Sequence record: SRR20825006_960
Length of the DNA: 64,000 bases
Reading direction: 5' to 3' (one strand)
Part shown: positions 48,971 to 58,825 of the stretch, piece by piece
Layout of the letters: every line of letters begins with the position of its first letter
Numbering within the stretch: the stretch's first letter is position 1
Notes under the pieces: model-generated
Database searches by the model: none
The model's input: the letters and a program-made list of their open reading frames with translations, nothing else
What the model was told of the DNA's origin: nothing
Made by a program: the position numbers and the translations under genes

Positions 48971-50308
48971 CTATGAAGTTTTAATCCACTTGAAAAGATG
49001 CTTCAACCTCAATCGGTGTCCAAATTGCAAGATTCCATTTTTATAAAGTCTAGACGAGACACTTAGCATAATGAATGCGGAAATGAACAATGTTAAAAGC
49101 GTCAGCACTATTTCATACGCATGACCAGATTCATAGCCTTGATGCAATTTCACCATCGCGACTACTGGAGAAGTAAATGGAAGATAATGTAGCACCGCTG
49201 TCAATTGACTTTCTGGATGATTCATCGCGAAATAGCCCGCATACAGTGAGAATATGAGCAAGATGATTAAAGGAATTACAAATTGTTGACCATCGCTTTC
49301 GGAACCCATTGTAGCGCCAATTGAAGCGAAAAACGATCCATAAAAAAGGTAGCCGCCAATGAAAAACAAGAGAAAGAACAAAAGTGTATTTCCGAATTGC
49401 ATTTGAGAGAACACCAAATCAACAAATTCGTTGTATTCACGTGCTGCGAAGTACTGTTCTTGGTAAGATTGATCGCCTGCTTCGAGCGTTAATTGGGCGA
49501 CATTCATATTTGAAGCGTCCAAAAGATCTGGAAACAATGTTTCGCGCATCAAAAATAGTCCAACACCTATAATTACGACCCAAACGATGAACTGAAGAAA
49601 TGCTGCGAGTCCAATTCCAACGATTTTTCCCATCATCAATTGTTTAGGAGAAACGGACGCGAGTAAAACCTCGACAATTCGATTGCTTTTTTCGCGAGAA
49701 ACGCTTCTGAGGATGGTCATTCCGAAGAGGAAAATGAAAACAAAAATCAGCGTTCCAAAGAAAAGACCTGCCCAACCATTGAGCGAAGATGCTTCTGCTT
49801 TGGGATCATCAACATCTCGAAAAGAAAGATTAATTGGCTGCTTCACCTTTCTAAATTCCGTCAGTGAAATGGTCTTGAGTTCGCTGACTATTCGCTCTTC
49901 AAGTCGTCGTTCATAGTAATAATGTACCAGCGATTGCATTCTTACGGACGGTTGATCACGGTAGAAAACAAAGCCCGTTTTATTTGAGAACACCTTCTCA
50001 TTTACTTCAAGAAGTGCGTCGAATTGTTGGTAGCGTTTTCCATTTTTGAATTCATCAATATCAATGTAATCATCTGCAAAAGAAAACGAGACTGCAGGGT
50101 CAACTTGCGGCATCATTTTACCTTCTAACAACTGATATTTGTCTGCTACCAGTACATTCCAGTGTTGTTTCGATTCTCCACCCAAGGCGAAAAGAACGTA
50201 GATCAGCCCTAAAATTAGAATTGGTCCCAAAATGGAAAACAACACGAACGATCTTGCTCCAACGCGTGCTTGAAATTCTCTTACGGAAATTATCCAACTA
50301 TTTTTCAT
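48971..50308 (-). CDS. ABC-2 type permease (NatB-like)
   Basis: EKSNRIVEVLL, GKIVG and LPFTSP motifs; ATG 50308 overlaps the ATPase end. Confidence 0.9.
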   Translation of the reverse strand: MKNSWIISVREFQARVGARSFVLFSILGPILILGLIYVLFALGGESKQHWNVLVADKYQLLEGKMMPQVDPAVSFSFADDYIDIDEFKNGKRYQQFDALLEVNEKVFSNKTGFVFYRDQPSVRMQSLVHYYYERRLEERIVSELKTISLTEFRKVKQPINLSFRDVDDPKAEASSLNGWAGLFFGTLIFVFIFLFGMTILRSVSREKSNRIVEVLLASVSPKQLMMGKIVGIGLAAFLQFIVWVVIIGVGLFLMRETLFPDLLDASNMNVAQLTLEAGDQSYQEQYFAAREYNEFVDLVFSQMQFGNTLLFFLLFFIGGYLFYGSFFASIGATMGSESDGQQFVIPLIILLIFSLYAGYFAMNHPESQLTAVLHYLPFTSPVVAMVKLHQGYESGHAYEIVLTLLTLFISAFIMLSVSSRLYKNGILQFGHRLRLKHLFKWIKTS

Positions 50309-51230
50309 CGCTGTCCTCCTTTCTTGGTTGAACGAGTCCAATAAATACTTCTTGCATCGACGCACGTTTTTCCCATGCCCCTTCAATTTTCACTTGTCCC
50401 ATCAATACTTTTAGTAAATCTTCGAATGAACTCTCCCCACGCACTTTCACCTGTACTATGAATCGGTCATCTCCGAGCAATTGTTTTTCTATTACCTCGA
50501 ATCCTGTCCACAGGGCATTCACAAACGCAATCATATTTCCTTTAAATTTCACTTCAAAAAGACCTTCATTACTTACTTCTTGAAGTTGAGAGATTGTTCC
50601 TTCCGCAATTTTTTTTGCATTGTGAATCAACGCAGCACGATCGCATATTTCCTCAACACTATTCATGTTATGGGTTGAAAGGATAATTGTCTTTCCAGCC
50701 GCCTTCATCTCAACCAACTCTTGTTTTATCAGCTCAACATTCACTGGATCGAAACCACTGAATGGTTCGTCGAGAATTAGCAATTTTGGTTCGTGTAAAA
50801 CGGCACAAATAAACTGTACTTTCTGTGCCATTCCTTTTGAGAGTTCTTCGATTCTCTTTTTTCTCCAATCATTGATTTGGAAGCGTTCAAACCAATAATT
50901 GATCTTTGTTTGAGCATCTTTTTTGGAAAGTCCTCGAAGTCTTGCCAGAAATAAGGCGTGCGCTTCAACGGTCATTCCTCTGTACAATCCTCTTTCTTCA
51001 GGAAGATAACCGACGAACCTCAAATCGTCTTCAGTCATTAAATCACCTTTAAAGCGAACTGAGCCTTCATCTTGCTCAACAATTTGATTAATTATTCTAA
51101 TCAATGTTGTTTTTCCTGCCCCGTTAGGTCCTAGCAATCCAAAAATCTCTCCTTCCTGAATTGTCAGAGATACGTCATTGAGTGCTTCCTTTCGAAAAAA
51201 GGACTTACTAATATTTTTAAGTTCGAGCAT
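50298..51230 (-). CDS. ABC transporter ATP-binding protein
   Basis: GPNGAGKT, LSKGMAQK and ILDEPFSG motifs. Confidence 0.95.
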   Translation of the reverse strand: MLELKNISKSFFRKEALNDVSLTIQEGEIFGLLGPNGAGKTTLIRIINQIVEQDEGSVRFKGDLMTEDDLRFVGYLPEERGLYRGMTVEAHALFLARLRGLSKKDAQTKINYWFERFQINDWRKKRIEELSKGMAQKVQFICAVLHEPKLLILDEPFSGFDPVNVELIKQELVEMKAAGKTIILSTHNMNSVEEICDRAALIHNAKKIAEGTISQLQEVSNEGLFEVKFKGNMIAFVNALWTGFEVIEKQLLGDDRFIVQVKVRGESSFEDLLKVLMGQVKIEGAWEKRASMQEVFIGLVQPRKEDSDEK

Positions 51231-51315
51231 ATCCTATTTATTAGTGTGAAGATAAATATTTTATTAGGATGTGAGACTCCACCTACAATGAACGTAAGTG
51301 TTTACAATCGGGCAC

Positions 51316-51345
51316 AAAAAAAGAGGAAACTTTCGCTTCCCCTTC
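51316..51345 (-). terminator. Intrinsic terminator
   Basis: Minus-strand RNA GGGGAAGC-GAAA-GUUUCCUC followed by U7. Confidence 0.8.
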
Positions 51346-51376
51346 TCTGAATTAAACAATGATATTAAATAATTTA

Positions 51377-52336
51377 TTACTTGATCATTACTCTTTGAGT
51401 TGCAGACTTGTTTCCATCACTCAAGTTAACGAAGTAAATCCCTGCTGTAGCGTTCAATTGAACATTTACAGAAGTAGATCCATTAACAGAAATCGCTTCT
51501 TTTTGCAATACATTACCAGCGATATCAGTAATTGTCATTTGGTAATCTCCTGCTGTTGCTTCGTTTAAGTTGATTGCAAACTCACCATTTGATGGATTTG
51601 GAACTACGTTCATTGCGATGTCAAGGCTGTTTTCATCCAAACCAACACCTGTCCAATCAAGTACTTCGATATCATCAACGTAGAAATTAGATGTTCCTTC
51701 ATTCGCCGCTGCGTATGCAGATCCATCAAGATATGCTACACCAAAGAAATCAGCTACACCGAAGCCACCTGCTGCTCCCCATTGTGCATTGATGATAAGG
51801 CTACCATTAATTAATACCGCTTTCATTCCAGTATTTAAATTGATAATGATACTTACATCATTCCAATCAGCTACATTGTAAGTGAACACACCTGTTCCGG
51901 CAGCATCAACAGATCCAGAGCCATCTACATTGAAGAAGATATCCGCTCCATACTGGTAACCTGTACCTCCAGAAACCCAAGCACCACCTAAATTAAAGTA
52001 ACCTCCGTTACCCTGTGGGATGTAAATTTTACACTTAAACTCATAAACTCCTGTAGTATAGAGTGATGGCATTTCTAGAATCATGTCGTTCAAATAGACT
52101 CCTGCGCCACCGTTAATGACATTCATAGAGTTACTTGTGCTGCTAAATATAGAATCGCTTACATACGAATCCTCAGCAGACCCAGCACCTCCACTCCATG
52201 TGTCCCATGCTCCAGCGCTCTCCGCTACAACAGTATTTCCTGCTGTGTAGCTGTCGAAATTATCCGTTAAAAGTGATGTTTGTCCAAAAAGGAAGGCAGG
52301 CGCTATAGCGCATGCAGATAGTAGTACTTTTTTCAT
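51377..52336 (-). CDS. T9SS cargo protein with a lectin/jelly-roll-like domain
   Basis: Signal peptide; DNFDSY...FYVDDI; VVPNPS CTD. Confidence 0.85.
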   Translation of the reverse strand: MKKVLLSACAIAPAFLFGQTSLLTDNFDSYTAGNTVVAESAGAWDTWSGGAGSAEDSYVSDSIFSSTSNSMNVINGGAGVYLNDMILEMPSLYTTGVYEFKCKIYIPQGNGGYFNLGGAWVSGGTGYQYGADIFFNVDGSGSVDAAGTGVFTYNVADWNDVSIIINLNTGMKAVLINGSLIINAQWGAAGGFGVADFFGVAYLDGSAYAAANEGTSNFYVDDIEVLDWTGVGLDENSLDIAMNVVPNPSNGEFAINLNEATAGDYQMTITDIAGNVLQKEAISVNGSTSVNVQLNATAGIYFVNLSDGNKSATQRVMIK

Positions 52337-52545
52337 AAGATTTGTTTTTAGTCTTACTAAGATACTAAAAATTCATAACTTTTTTATGAAAACACTTTTA
52401 CCTTGAAGTCTTGTCTACTCCAATAAATATAACTCACAGTAAATCAAACCATAAAAATTGAAAACTCTGGTAAATCCACTATTTTTTTTTACAGATCAGA
52501 AATGTTAATCCTTTAGCGTTCAAGAAAAACAATCGACACTGATCA

Positions 52546-53592
52546 TTAGGCTGTGGTTCCTCCACAACTAGAACCCGACCCAGCTGTACAACCGTAGCAA
52601 TGCTGATTAACAATTACGTGACGATTGTTTAGAGCTTCTAAATTGAATTCAGACAAGTGTTGACTTTTAGCTGCGACTTTAAGGTCGAGCATTTGGTTAA
52701 AATCACAATCATAAATATATCCGTCCCAACCAACAGAAATTGTATTTCTACACATCACATTTTCAGCTGCATCTGGATTGTAGGCTTCAACTAGTTTGTG
52801 CATGTAGCCTTCATAGTTATCACTCGCTACTAAATATTCCAAATATCTACTGATAGGAAGATTTGTGATTGCAAACAGACTATTGAATTCAATATCAAAT
52901 CGCTGTTTTAGTTTTGTTTTGAAGTCAGCCTCTAGCGCGCCTTGTTCTGGAGGTAAAAATGCTCCCGAGGGATTATAGACTAAATTAAGTGTAAGTCCAG
53001 AGTTCTCCTTTCCATACCCAACTTCGTTCAGCATTTTCAGCGCTCGAATACTTTGATCAAACACACCATCCCCACGCTGAGAATCTGTTTTTGCAGAGGT
53101 AAAATATGGCAGCGAAGAAACAACTTCAACCTTGTGCTTCTTAAAGAATTCAGGTAGATCATTGTATTTTTTGTTCGCAACAATGATGGTAAGATTACAA
53201 CGTACAACGACCTTTTTTCCTTTCAAAGATAATTGTTCCACAAACCAACGAAAGTTTGGATTCATTTCTGGCGCTCCACCTGTTAAATCGACCGTGCTGC
53301 AATTTGTCTTGTCTATTGCGTCCAAACACATCTGCATCGTTTCGATGGTCATTATTTCCTTTCGATCGGGACCTGCATCAACGTGACAATGTTTACACAC
53401 CTGATTACACATTTTCCCAACGTTGATTTGAAAAATATCCAAGTCTAAGGTTGTAAGTGGAAAGAGATTGGTTTCTTTCAACTTGTTTTGAAAAGGAGTT
53501 AGATTTGCCTCTTTCAACAAACTCAGTTGTCTATCTACCTCTGATAATTCGTGATTTTGTGCCGAAAGTGATTTATGCGTTAGTACTGCCAT
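52546..53592 (-). CDS. arsS: Radical SAM/Cys-rich protein of the ArsS family
   Basis: CNQVCKHC, DLTGGAPE, YDCDFNQML and HCYGCTAGSGSSCGG motifs. Confidence 0.88.
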   Translation of the reverse strand: MAVLTHKSLSAQNHELSEVDRQLSLLKEANLTPFQNKLKETNLFPLTTLDLDIFQINVGKMCNQVCKHCHVDAGPDRKEIMTIETMQMCLDAIDKTNCSTVDLTGGAPEMNPNFRWFVEQLSLKGKKVVVRCNLTIIVANKKYNDLPEFFKKHKVEVVSSLPYFTSAKTDSQRGDGVFDQSIRALKMLNEVGYGKENSGLTLNLVYNPSGAFLPPEQGALEADFKTKLKQRFDIEFNSLFAITNLPISRYLEYLVASDNYEGYMHKLVEAYNPDAAENVMCRNTISVGWDGYIYDCDFNQMLDLKVAAKSQHLSEFNLEALNNRHVIVNQHCYGCTAGSGSSCGGTTA

Positions 53593-53924
53593 TACATCGA
53601 AAGTTCTTTATACTTATTCATCATTTGAACTCCATGCACAAGTGCTGCTCCTCCTTTGATTGCTGCGGCAACGTGCACGGCTTCCATCATTTGTTCTTCG
53701 TCGCATCCTTTTTCCATTGTATCTACTGTATATGCGTCAATACAATAGGGACATTGAATCGCGTGTGCTACGGCAAGTGCAATTAACGACTTTTCGCGTG
53801 CGGTTAAAGCGCCTTCTTTAAATACCGATCCATAATAGTCAAAAAACTTTTCTCCGTATTCCTTCTGGAACTCCGTTATTTTCCCAAATTTCTTTAAATC
53901 GTCTGGATCGTAGTATGTTTTCAT
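53592..53924 (-). CDS. AhpD/CMD-like peroxidase usually linked to ArsS
   Basis: REKSLIALAVAH...CPYC...LVHGVQM; overlaps the arsS start by 1 nt. Confidence 0.88.
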   Translation of the reverse strand: MKTYYDPDDLKKFGKITEFQKEYGEKFFDYYGSVFKEGALTAREKSLIALAVAHAIQCPYCIDAYTVDTMEKGCDEEQMMEAVHVAAAIKGGAALVHGVQMMNKYKELSM

Positions 53925-54012
53925 AGCATTTGTTTATTGCGAAAGTACCCAATTTTGGGAAGATTATTTTGTTAGACGAATAGTGATGTGCATCCTTACA
54001 TTCGAGAAATGC

Positions 54013-54885
54013 TTACGTCAAAATGGTCTTCCAATTTTTCCATTTATAGACCTTCGAAAAAAGCACTAGCAATATTGGATGAACAATAATAAGCGAGATG
54101 ATAATATCCCAACCAAACCCTGGGGGGGAATGATCCATTAAGAGTGCATCAGTTTGAAATGCTTGCCAATCGTTGGTAACGATGAGCGCTGCGAAAATAT
54201 TATTTGCCGCGTGATATCCCATTCCAAGCTCGAGCCCATTGTCTAAATGAGTAATCAATGCCAAGAAAATTCCTACTGCTATGTAATAGATTAGGATCAA
54301 TTCGCCTATTTCTCCGATTTCGGGATTTCCCATGTGAACTAAACCAAAGAGGATTCCAGAAAAAAGAACACTTAGCAGAGGCTTACCGAACCATTGGTGA
54401 GCACTTTGAAGAAGGTATCCACGAAAAAAAAGATCCTCTCCTGCCGTTTGCAAGGGAAGCATCAGAAATGAAACTACCATCAATGGAATAAATGTAGACC
54501 AGTTAATGTTCCATTCAATCGATTGACTAGAAGAAACGCTAATGAGCAGACTTATTCCCATTACCAACGTCCATACACCGAATGCGAAAAAATATCGTTT
54601 CCAATCAAATTTTTCACGAGCGGTAAATAAGGATCTTAAAGGGCGATGATGAAGAAATTTGATACATGCCAACAATGCCACTATCAAAAAAACAAAAGGC
54701 AAAATCATCAGTGCTAGAAGAAGATTTTTATCACCTTCTAACGAGCCTATCTCCACTCCGAAAACCAGCATTAGGATTCCAGAAACAACACTTCCAAGGA
54801 CAACAGCGGATAACGAAATAGAGATTGTAAGGAGACTTGTTCCCCAATTACCTACTCCTTTTTCATGTTGCCGAATGAATTCCAT
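54013..54885 (-). CDS. CPBP (CAAX/Abi) intramembrane metalloprotease
   Basis: EDLFFRG, FGLVH and HAANN motifs; starts 1 nt after the dnaJ stop. Confidence 0.88.
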   Translation of the reverse strand: MEFIRQHEKGVGNWGTSLLTISISLSAVVLGSVVSGILMLVFGVEIGSLEGDKNLLLALMILPFVFLIVALLACIKFLHHRPLRSLFTAREKFDWKRYFFAFGVWTLVMGISLLISVSSSQSIEWNINWSTFIPLMVVSFLMLPLQTAGEDLFFRGYLLQSAHQWFGKPLLSVLFSGILFGLVHMGNPEIGEIGELILIYYIAVGIFLALITHLDNGLELGMGYHAANNIFAALIVTNDWQAFQTDALLMDHSPPGFGWDIIISLIIVHPILLVLFSKVYKWKNWKTILT

Positions 54886-54886
54886 T

Positions 54887-56005
54887 CTAATGGAACATAT
54901 CCTTCATTCTTTGAAAGAATCCTTTATCGTGGTGATCTGGACTCGGTTGAAAATTTTCACTGGCTCTCAACTTTTCAAGAATGTCTTTTTCTTCCTTCGA
55001 GAGTTTTTTCGGTGTCCATACATTTACATGCACAAACATATCGCCAGATCCATAACCTTGAAGAATTGGCAATCCTTTTCCTTTTAAACGAAGTACTTTT
55101 CCACTTTGCGTTCCAGGCTCAATCTTAATTTTTGCCTTTCCTCCTACTGTTGGAATCTCAACAGAACTTCCGAGTGCTGCATCTGCGAAATTCACATACG
55201 CATCGTAATGAAGGTGCTCGTTGTCTCTGCGTAAATTTTCGTCATCTACTTCTTCAATAACAACGATCAGGTCGCCAGGAACTCCGTCAAAAGGCCCAGC
55301 ATTTCCTTTCCCTGTAACGCTCAATTGCATTCCTTCCATTACTCCAGCTGGAATTTCGATCTCAATCACCTCTTCTTTGCGCACCAATCCGCTTGAATCG
55401 GCATCCGAAGGTCTTTTATCGATCATTTTTCCCGCACCTTGACATACATGACAAGCTGACTGGGTTTGCATTGCTCCAAGGAATGTTTGAGAAACGCGCG
55501 TAATTCTTCCCGAACCACCGCACGTTTGACAGGTTTTATAAGTAACTCCGTCAGCTTTCACCAACTTGTTGACTTTGATTTTTTTCTGAACTCCTTCAGC
55601 AATTTCCTGTAACGTTAACTTCATCTTAACGCGTAGATTCGTCCCACGCACTCGACGTGTTCCTCCTCCGCCTCGGCTTCCGCCAAAACTTCCACCGCCA
55701 AATGCTCCACCGAAAATATCTCCAAATTGTGAGAAGATATCGTCCATGTTCATTCCTCCACCGAAGCCTCCACCGCCTGACATTCCAGCATGACCGTATT
55801 GATCATATCTCGACTTTTTCTCAGGACTGCTTAATACTTCGTATGCTTCTGCGGCTTCTTTAAACATATCTTCAGCAGCATTGTCACCAGGATTTTTATC
55901 TGGGTGATATTTCAATGCTAACTTTCGGTAAGCCTTTTTTATTTCTGCCTCGTTAGCTCCTCTCGAAACTCCAAGGACTTCATAATAATCTCTTTTATCG
56001 CTCAT
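54887..56005 (-). CDS. dnaJ: Chaperone DnaJ
   Basis: HPDKN J-domain, G/F region, two CxxCxGxG motifs and CTD. Confidence 0.98.
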   Translation of the reverse strand: MSDKRDYYEVLGVSRGANEAEIKKAYRKLALKYHPDKNPGDNAAEDMFKEAAEAYEVLSSPEKKSRYDQYGHAGMSGGGGFGGGMNMDDIFSQFGDIFGGAFGGGSFGGSRGGGGTRRVRGTNLRVKMKLTLQEIAEGVQKKIKVNKLVKADGVTYKTCQTCGGSGRITRVSQTFLGAMQTQSACHVCQGAGKMIDKRPSDADSSGLVRKEEVIEIEIPAGVMEGMQLSVTGKGNAGPFDGVPGDLIVVIEEVDDENLRRDNEHLHYDAYVNFADAALGSSVEIPTVGGKAKIKIEPGTQSGKVLRLKGKGLPILQGYGSGDMFVHVNVWTPKKLSKEEKDILEKLRASENFQPSPDHHDKGFFQRMKDMFH

Positions 56006-56023
56006 AATACTTTTCGGAATCGA

Positions 56024-56557
56024 TTACTGACCAACCACCACTTTGGCGAAACGAATCACTTTGTCATTTAGGTAGTATCCCTTTTCAATAGCTTCTACTA
56101 CTTTACCTCTCAGTTTTTTCGATGGTGCTGGGATATTCGCAATAGCCTCGTGGATTTCACTGTCAAAATCCTTTCCATTTGAATCCATTGCCTTCAATCC
56201 TTTTTGCTCTAGTGAACTTTTGAATTTATTGAAAATCAGCAAGAACCCTTCTTTTACACTTTTTAGGTCCTCAGCATTTTCATTATTCGCAATTGCTCGT
56301 TCAAAATCGTCGATTACGGGAATCATGTCCTTTAAAACGCCCGCATTTGCAGTGCTGATGATATCTATTTTCTCTTTATTCGTTCTTTTACGGTAATTGT
56401 CAAACTCCGCGTGAATGCGCAAGTATTTGTTATTCAACTCTGCATAACGCTCTTCCCAAGTTGGTTCTTGGTGTGTCTCTTCAACGGCTTCTTGGGTATT
56501 CTCCGTTTCATTTGTTGTCGCTTCTTGCTCCTTAATCTCTTCTTTTTCTTCAGACAT
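56024..56557 (-). CDS. grpE: Nucleotide exchange factor GrpE
   Basis: AEFDNYRKR, HEAI and KGY...VIRFAKVVV motifs. Confidence 0.97.
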   Translation of the reverse strand: MSEEKEEIKEQEATTNETENTQEAVEETHQEPTWEERYAELNNKYLRIHAEFDNYRKRTNKEKIDIISTANAGVLKDMIPVIDDFERAIANNENAEDLKSVKEGFLLIFNKFKSSLEQKGLKAMDSNGKDFDSEIHEAIANIPAPSKKLRGKVVEAIEKGYYLNDKVIRFAKVVVGQ

Positions 56558-56584
56558 AACACTCGTTTTTTAACTGCATTTGAG

Positions 56585-56683
56585 TTGGCAAAGATACTGC
56601 CAATCTTACAAATCAAGACAGAGTGTCAGTGAATGACTAGAATAGGATGTAAAGTTGACATAAGGCGATCGGTCTAAAAGACA
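56585..56683 (-). promoter_or_regulatory. Sigma54-like box overlapping a -7 element, plus GACA/TGTC motifs, upstream of grpE
   Basis: Minus strand TGGCAGTATCTTTGC (56588-56602); AGACA-N3-TGTCA (56616-56628); TGACA 56656; AGACA 56679. Confidence 0.6.
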
Positions 56684-56868
56684 TAAACGGACGAAATGTT
56701 CGGGTAAATTATCAATTTCAATCAAAGAGTATGCAGCGTTTTCACATTCAACCGTATCATTACTAAATGTAAGATACACTTTACACAGTTGTTTCCCCAA
56801 AAATATATTCGCCTAGAAATACATTAAACTTTCTACTTAATTTGACTTGAAATTTAAACTATACCATT

Positions 56869-58713
56869 ATGATAAAAACACCTTTTTCAGCACCATTATT
56901 CGCTATTTTTTGTTCAACCATTTCGATTGCCCAACAATCACCAAATGAGATCAAGAACATTGAAGAATACTCTTCTCACGCCATTACTGGAGACGAGTTT
57001 ATAGGATTCCCTGCAGTTTATCCTCAACCATTAATGCACTATGCAAAGTCAGTTAATGAAACGGTGATTGGAGAAACTGTCTTCGATTTACAAACCAATG
57101 CTAGTGTACAAAACAGAAATCTTGATTTTGAAGATGGTACTTATGGTGCTGCTTTTATTCTTGGAAACACCTCTCCCAGTTTTACTGATCGAGGAACAGG
57201 ATATAACTATTACTCTGCGTCTGCCTGGAATCCAAATCCTACCTCTCGCATTGAAACTGCTAGAGCGGGAGCTCCATCGTTGATCCATACGGCGGGCGGA
57301 ACAGAAGCAGTTGTATGTCACGTAGCAGGTGGAACGGGAGCATTAAGAATCAACCGAAGAAATCCTAAAGGAACGGGGACTTGGACAGAGTCTCTAATCC
57401 CAAATAATACTGGAAAAACACTTTTATGGCCGCGAGCAACTTCAGGTGGAGCGAATGGAAATACCATTCATTGTATTGCAATTACAGCTCCCGAATTTAA
57501 TGGCGGAACTCTTCATCAGGGTGTTGACGGAGCATTATTATATTATCGCTCAACAGACGAAGGTGCAACTTGGGATATTGTTGATTATTTGGATGCAGCT
57601 TTAAATTCTTCCAATTTCTTACGAACACGCGCCGACAGTTACTCGATTTTTTCTAGAGGAGATGATGTGGCAATCGCGGTATTCAATCAAATGGCGGATG
57701 TTATCATTCTTAAATCATCTGATAATGGACTAACATGGACTTCACAAATCGTTAACGACTTCCCTGTTGATTTATATCAAGTAGATCAATGGATCGACCT
57801 AAATAATGACCAAGTTGCTGATACATTGGAAACTTCTGATGAATCTGGTGCGCTTCTCATCGACCATTCAGGAATGGTTCACCTTACATTTGGCAGAATG
57901 CTTGTTCGTGATGCCAATTTAACAGATAATCAATGGACTTTTTTCCCGCAAACTCCTGAATTACTTTATTGGAACGAAAGCATGGGAACTGGAAACTTTG
58001 TGATTCTTGCGACTCCTGAAGATTTCAACAACAATGGATTGGTTGATGATATTGGCGATATCGGACGTTACAAAACGAGCTTATGCAGTCAATCTTCTAT
58101 AGGAATTAATGACGACGGAACTTTATTTGTCACTTATTCTGGGCACCGAGAAGATCGATTCACAAACACACAAAACTATCGTCATATCTACGCAATGAAA
58201 TCAAATGATGGTGGAAATAACTGGACGCAACCTATTGATTTAACTCCAGACTCACAACTCGCAGGTTATGAAGGTGTGTATCCAGACATTACACCAAAAG
58301 TAAACGACCGGATTCGACTTACTTATATGCGCGATTTAGAACCTGGTTTAGCGGTAACTGGTGAAGATCCTTTTACTGTAAATCAGATTATATACTTGGA
58401 CGTTGATACGATGTTGACTGCTCAAGCTGGAATAAATGAATCGATTGCACTTGATTTATCTGTGAATCTTTTCCCAAATCCAACGTCTCTTGAAAACGTG
58501 ACTTTGAGCATTCAAAATACATCAAACAGCAAAGTGAAGATTAGCCTTGTAGATTTGAAAGGAAGCCAACTCCGCGTTATTCACAATGGAAAACTGGCAG
58601 CAGGAGAGCATTCATTTACTATTCAAACGAATGATCTGAAATCTGGAACTTACTTGGTGAAGATTTCGACTGATCGCGGGACGATGAGTAAGGAATTGAT
58701 GGTAATAAAGTAA
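56869..58713 (+). CDS. T9SS cargo protein with BNR/Asp-box (beta-propeller) repeats
   Basis: STDEGATW, SSDNGLTW and SNDGGNNW Asp-boxes; LFPNPT CTD. Confidence 0.88.
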   Translation: MIKTPFSAPLFAIFCSTISIAQQSPNEIKNIEEYSSHAITGDEFIGFPAVYPQPLMHYAKSVNETVIGETVFDLQTNASVQNRNLDFEDGTYGAAFILGNTSPSFTDRGTGYNYYSASAWNPNPTSRIETARAGAPSLIHTAGGTEAVVCHVAGGTGALRINRRNPKGTGTWTESLIPNNTGKTLLWPRATSGGANGNTIHCIAITAPEFNGGTLHQGVDGALLYYRSTDEGATWDIVDYLDAALNSSNFLRTRADSYSIFSRGDDVAIAVFNQMADVIILKSSDNGLTWTSQIVNDFPVDLYQVDQWIDLNNDQVADTLETSDESGALLIDHSGMVHLTFGRMLVRDANLTDNQWTFFPQTPELLYWNESMGTGNFVILATPEDFNNNGLVDDIGDIGRYKTSLCSQSSIGINDDGTLFVTYSGHREDRFTNTQNYRHIYAMKSNDGGNNWTQPIDLTPDSQLAGYEGVYPDITPKVNDRIRLTYMRDLEPGLAVTGEDPFTVNQIIYLDVDTMLTAQAGINESIALDLSVNLFPNPTSLENVTLSIQNTSNSKVKISLVDLKGSQLRVIHNGKLAAGEHSFTIQTNDLKSGTYLVKISTDRGTMSKELMVIK

Positions 58714-58723
58714 CTAATTGATC

Positions 58724-58768
58724 AAAAAAAAGGAAAGGGTTCGTCAGCAGTTGACGAACCCTTTCTTA
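58724..58768. terminator. Bidirectional terminator between convergent genes
   Basis: aggaaagggttcgtca-gcagt-tgacgaaccctttctt with a flanking A run. Confidence 0.88.
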
Positions 58769-58825
58769 TGTCCTAAATTAAAATCTGACTGAGCAAATGA
58801 GTTGTTGATTTTATGAGATTGTTTG

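Noticed and set aside
52546-53592. Selenocysteine in ArsS
   Set aside because: The C-terminal motif is encoded as Cys (SSCGG) and there is no in-frame TGA.
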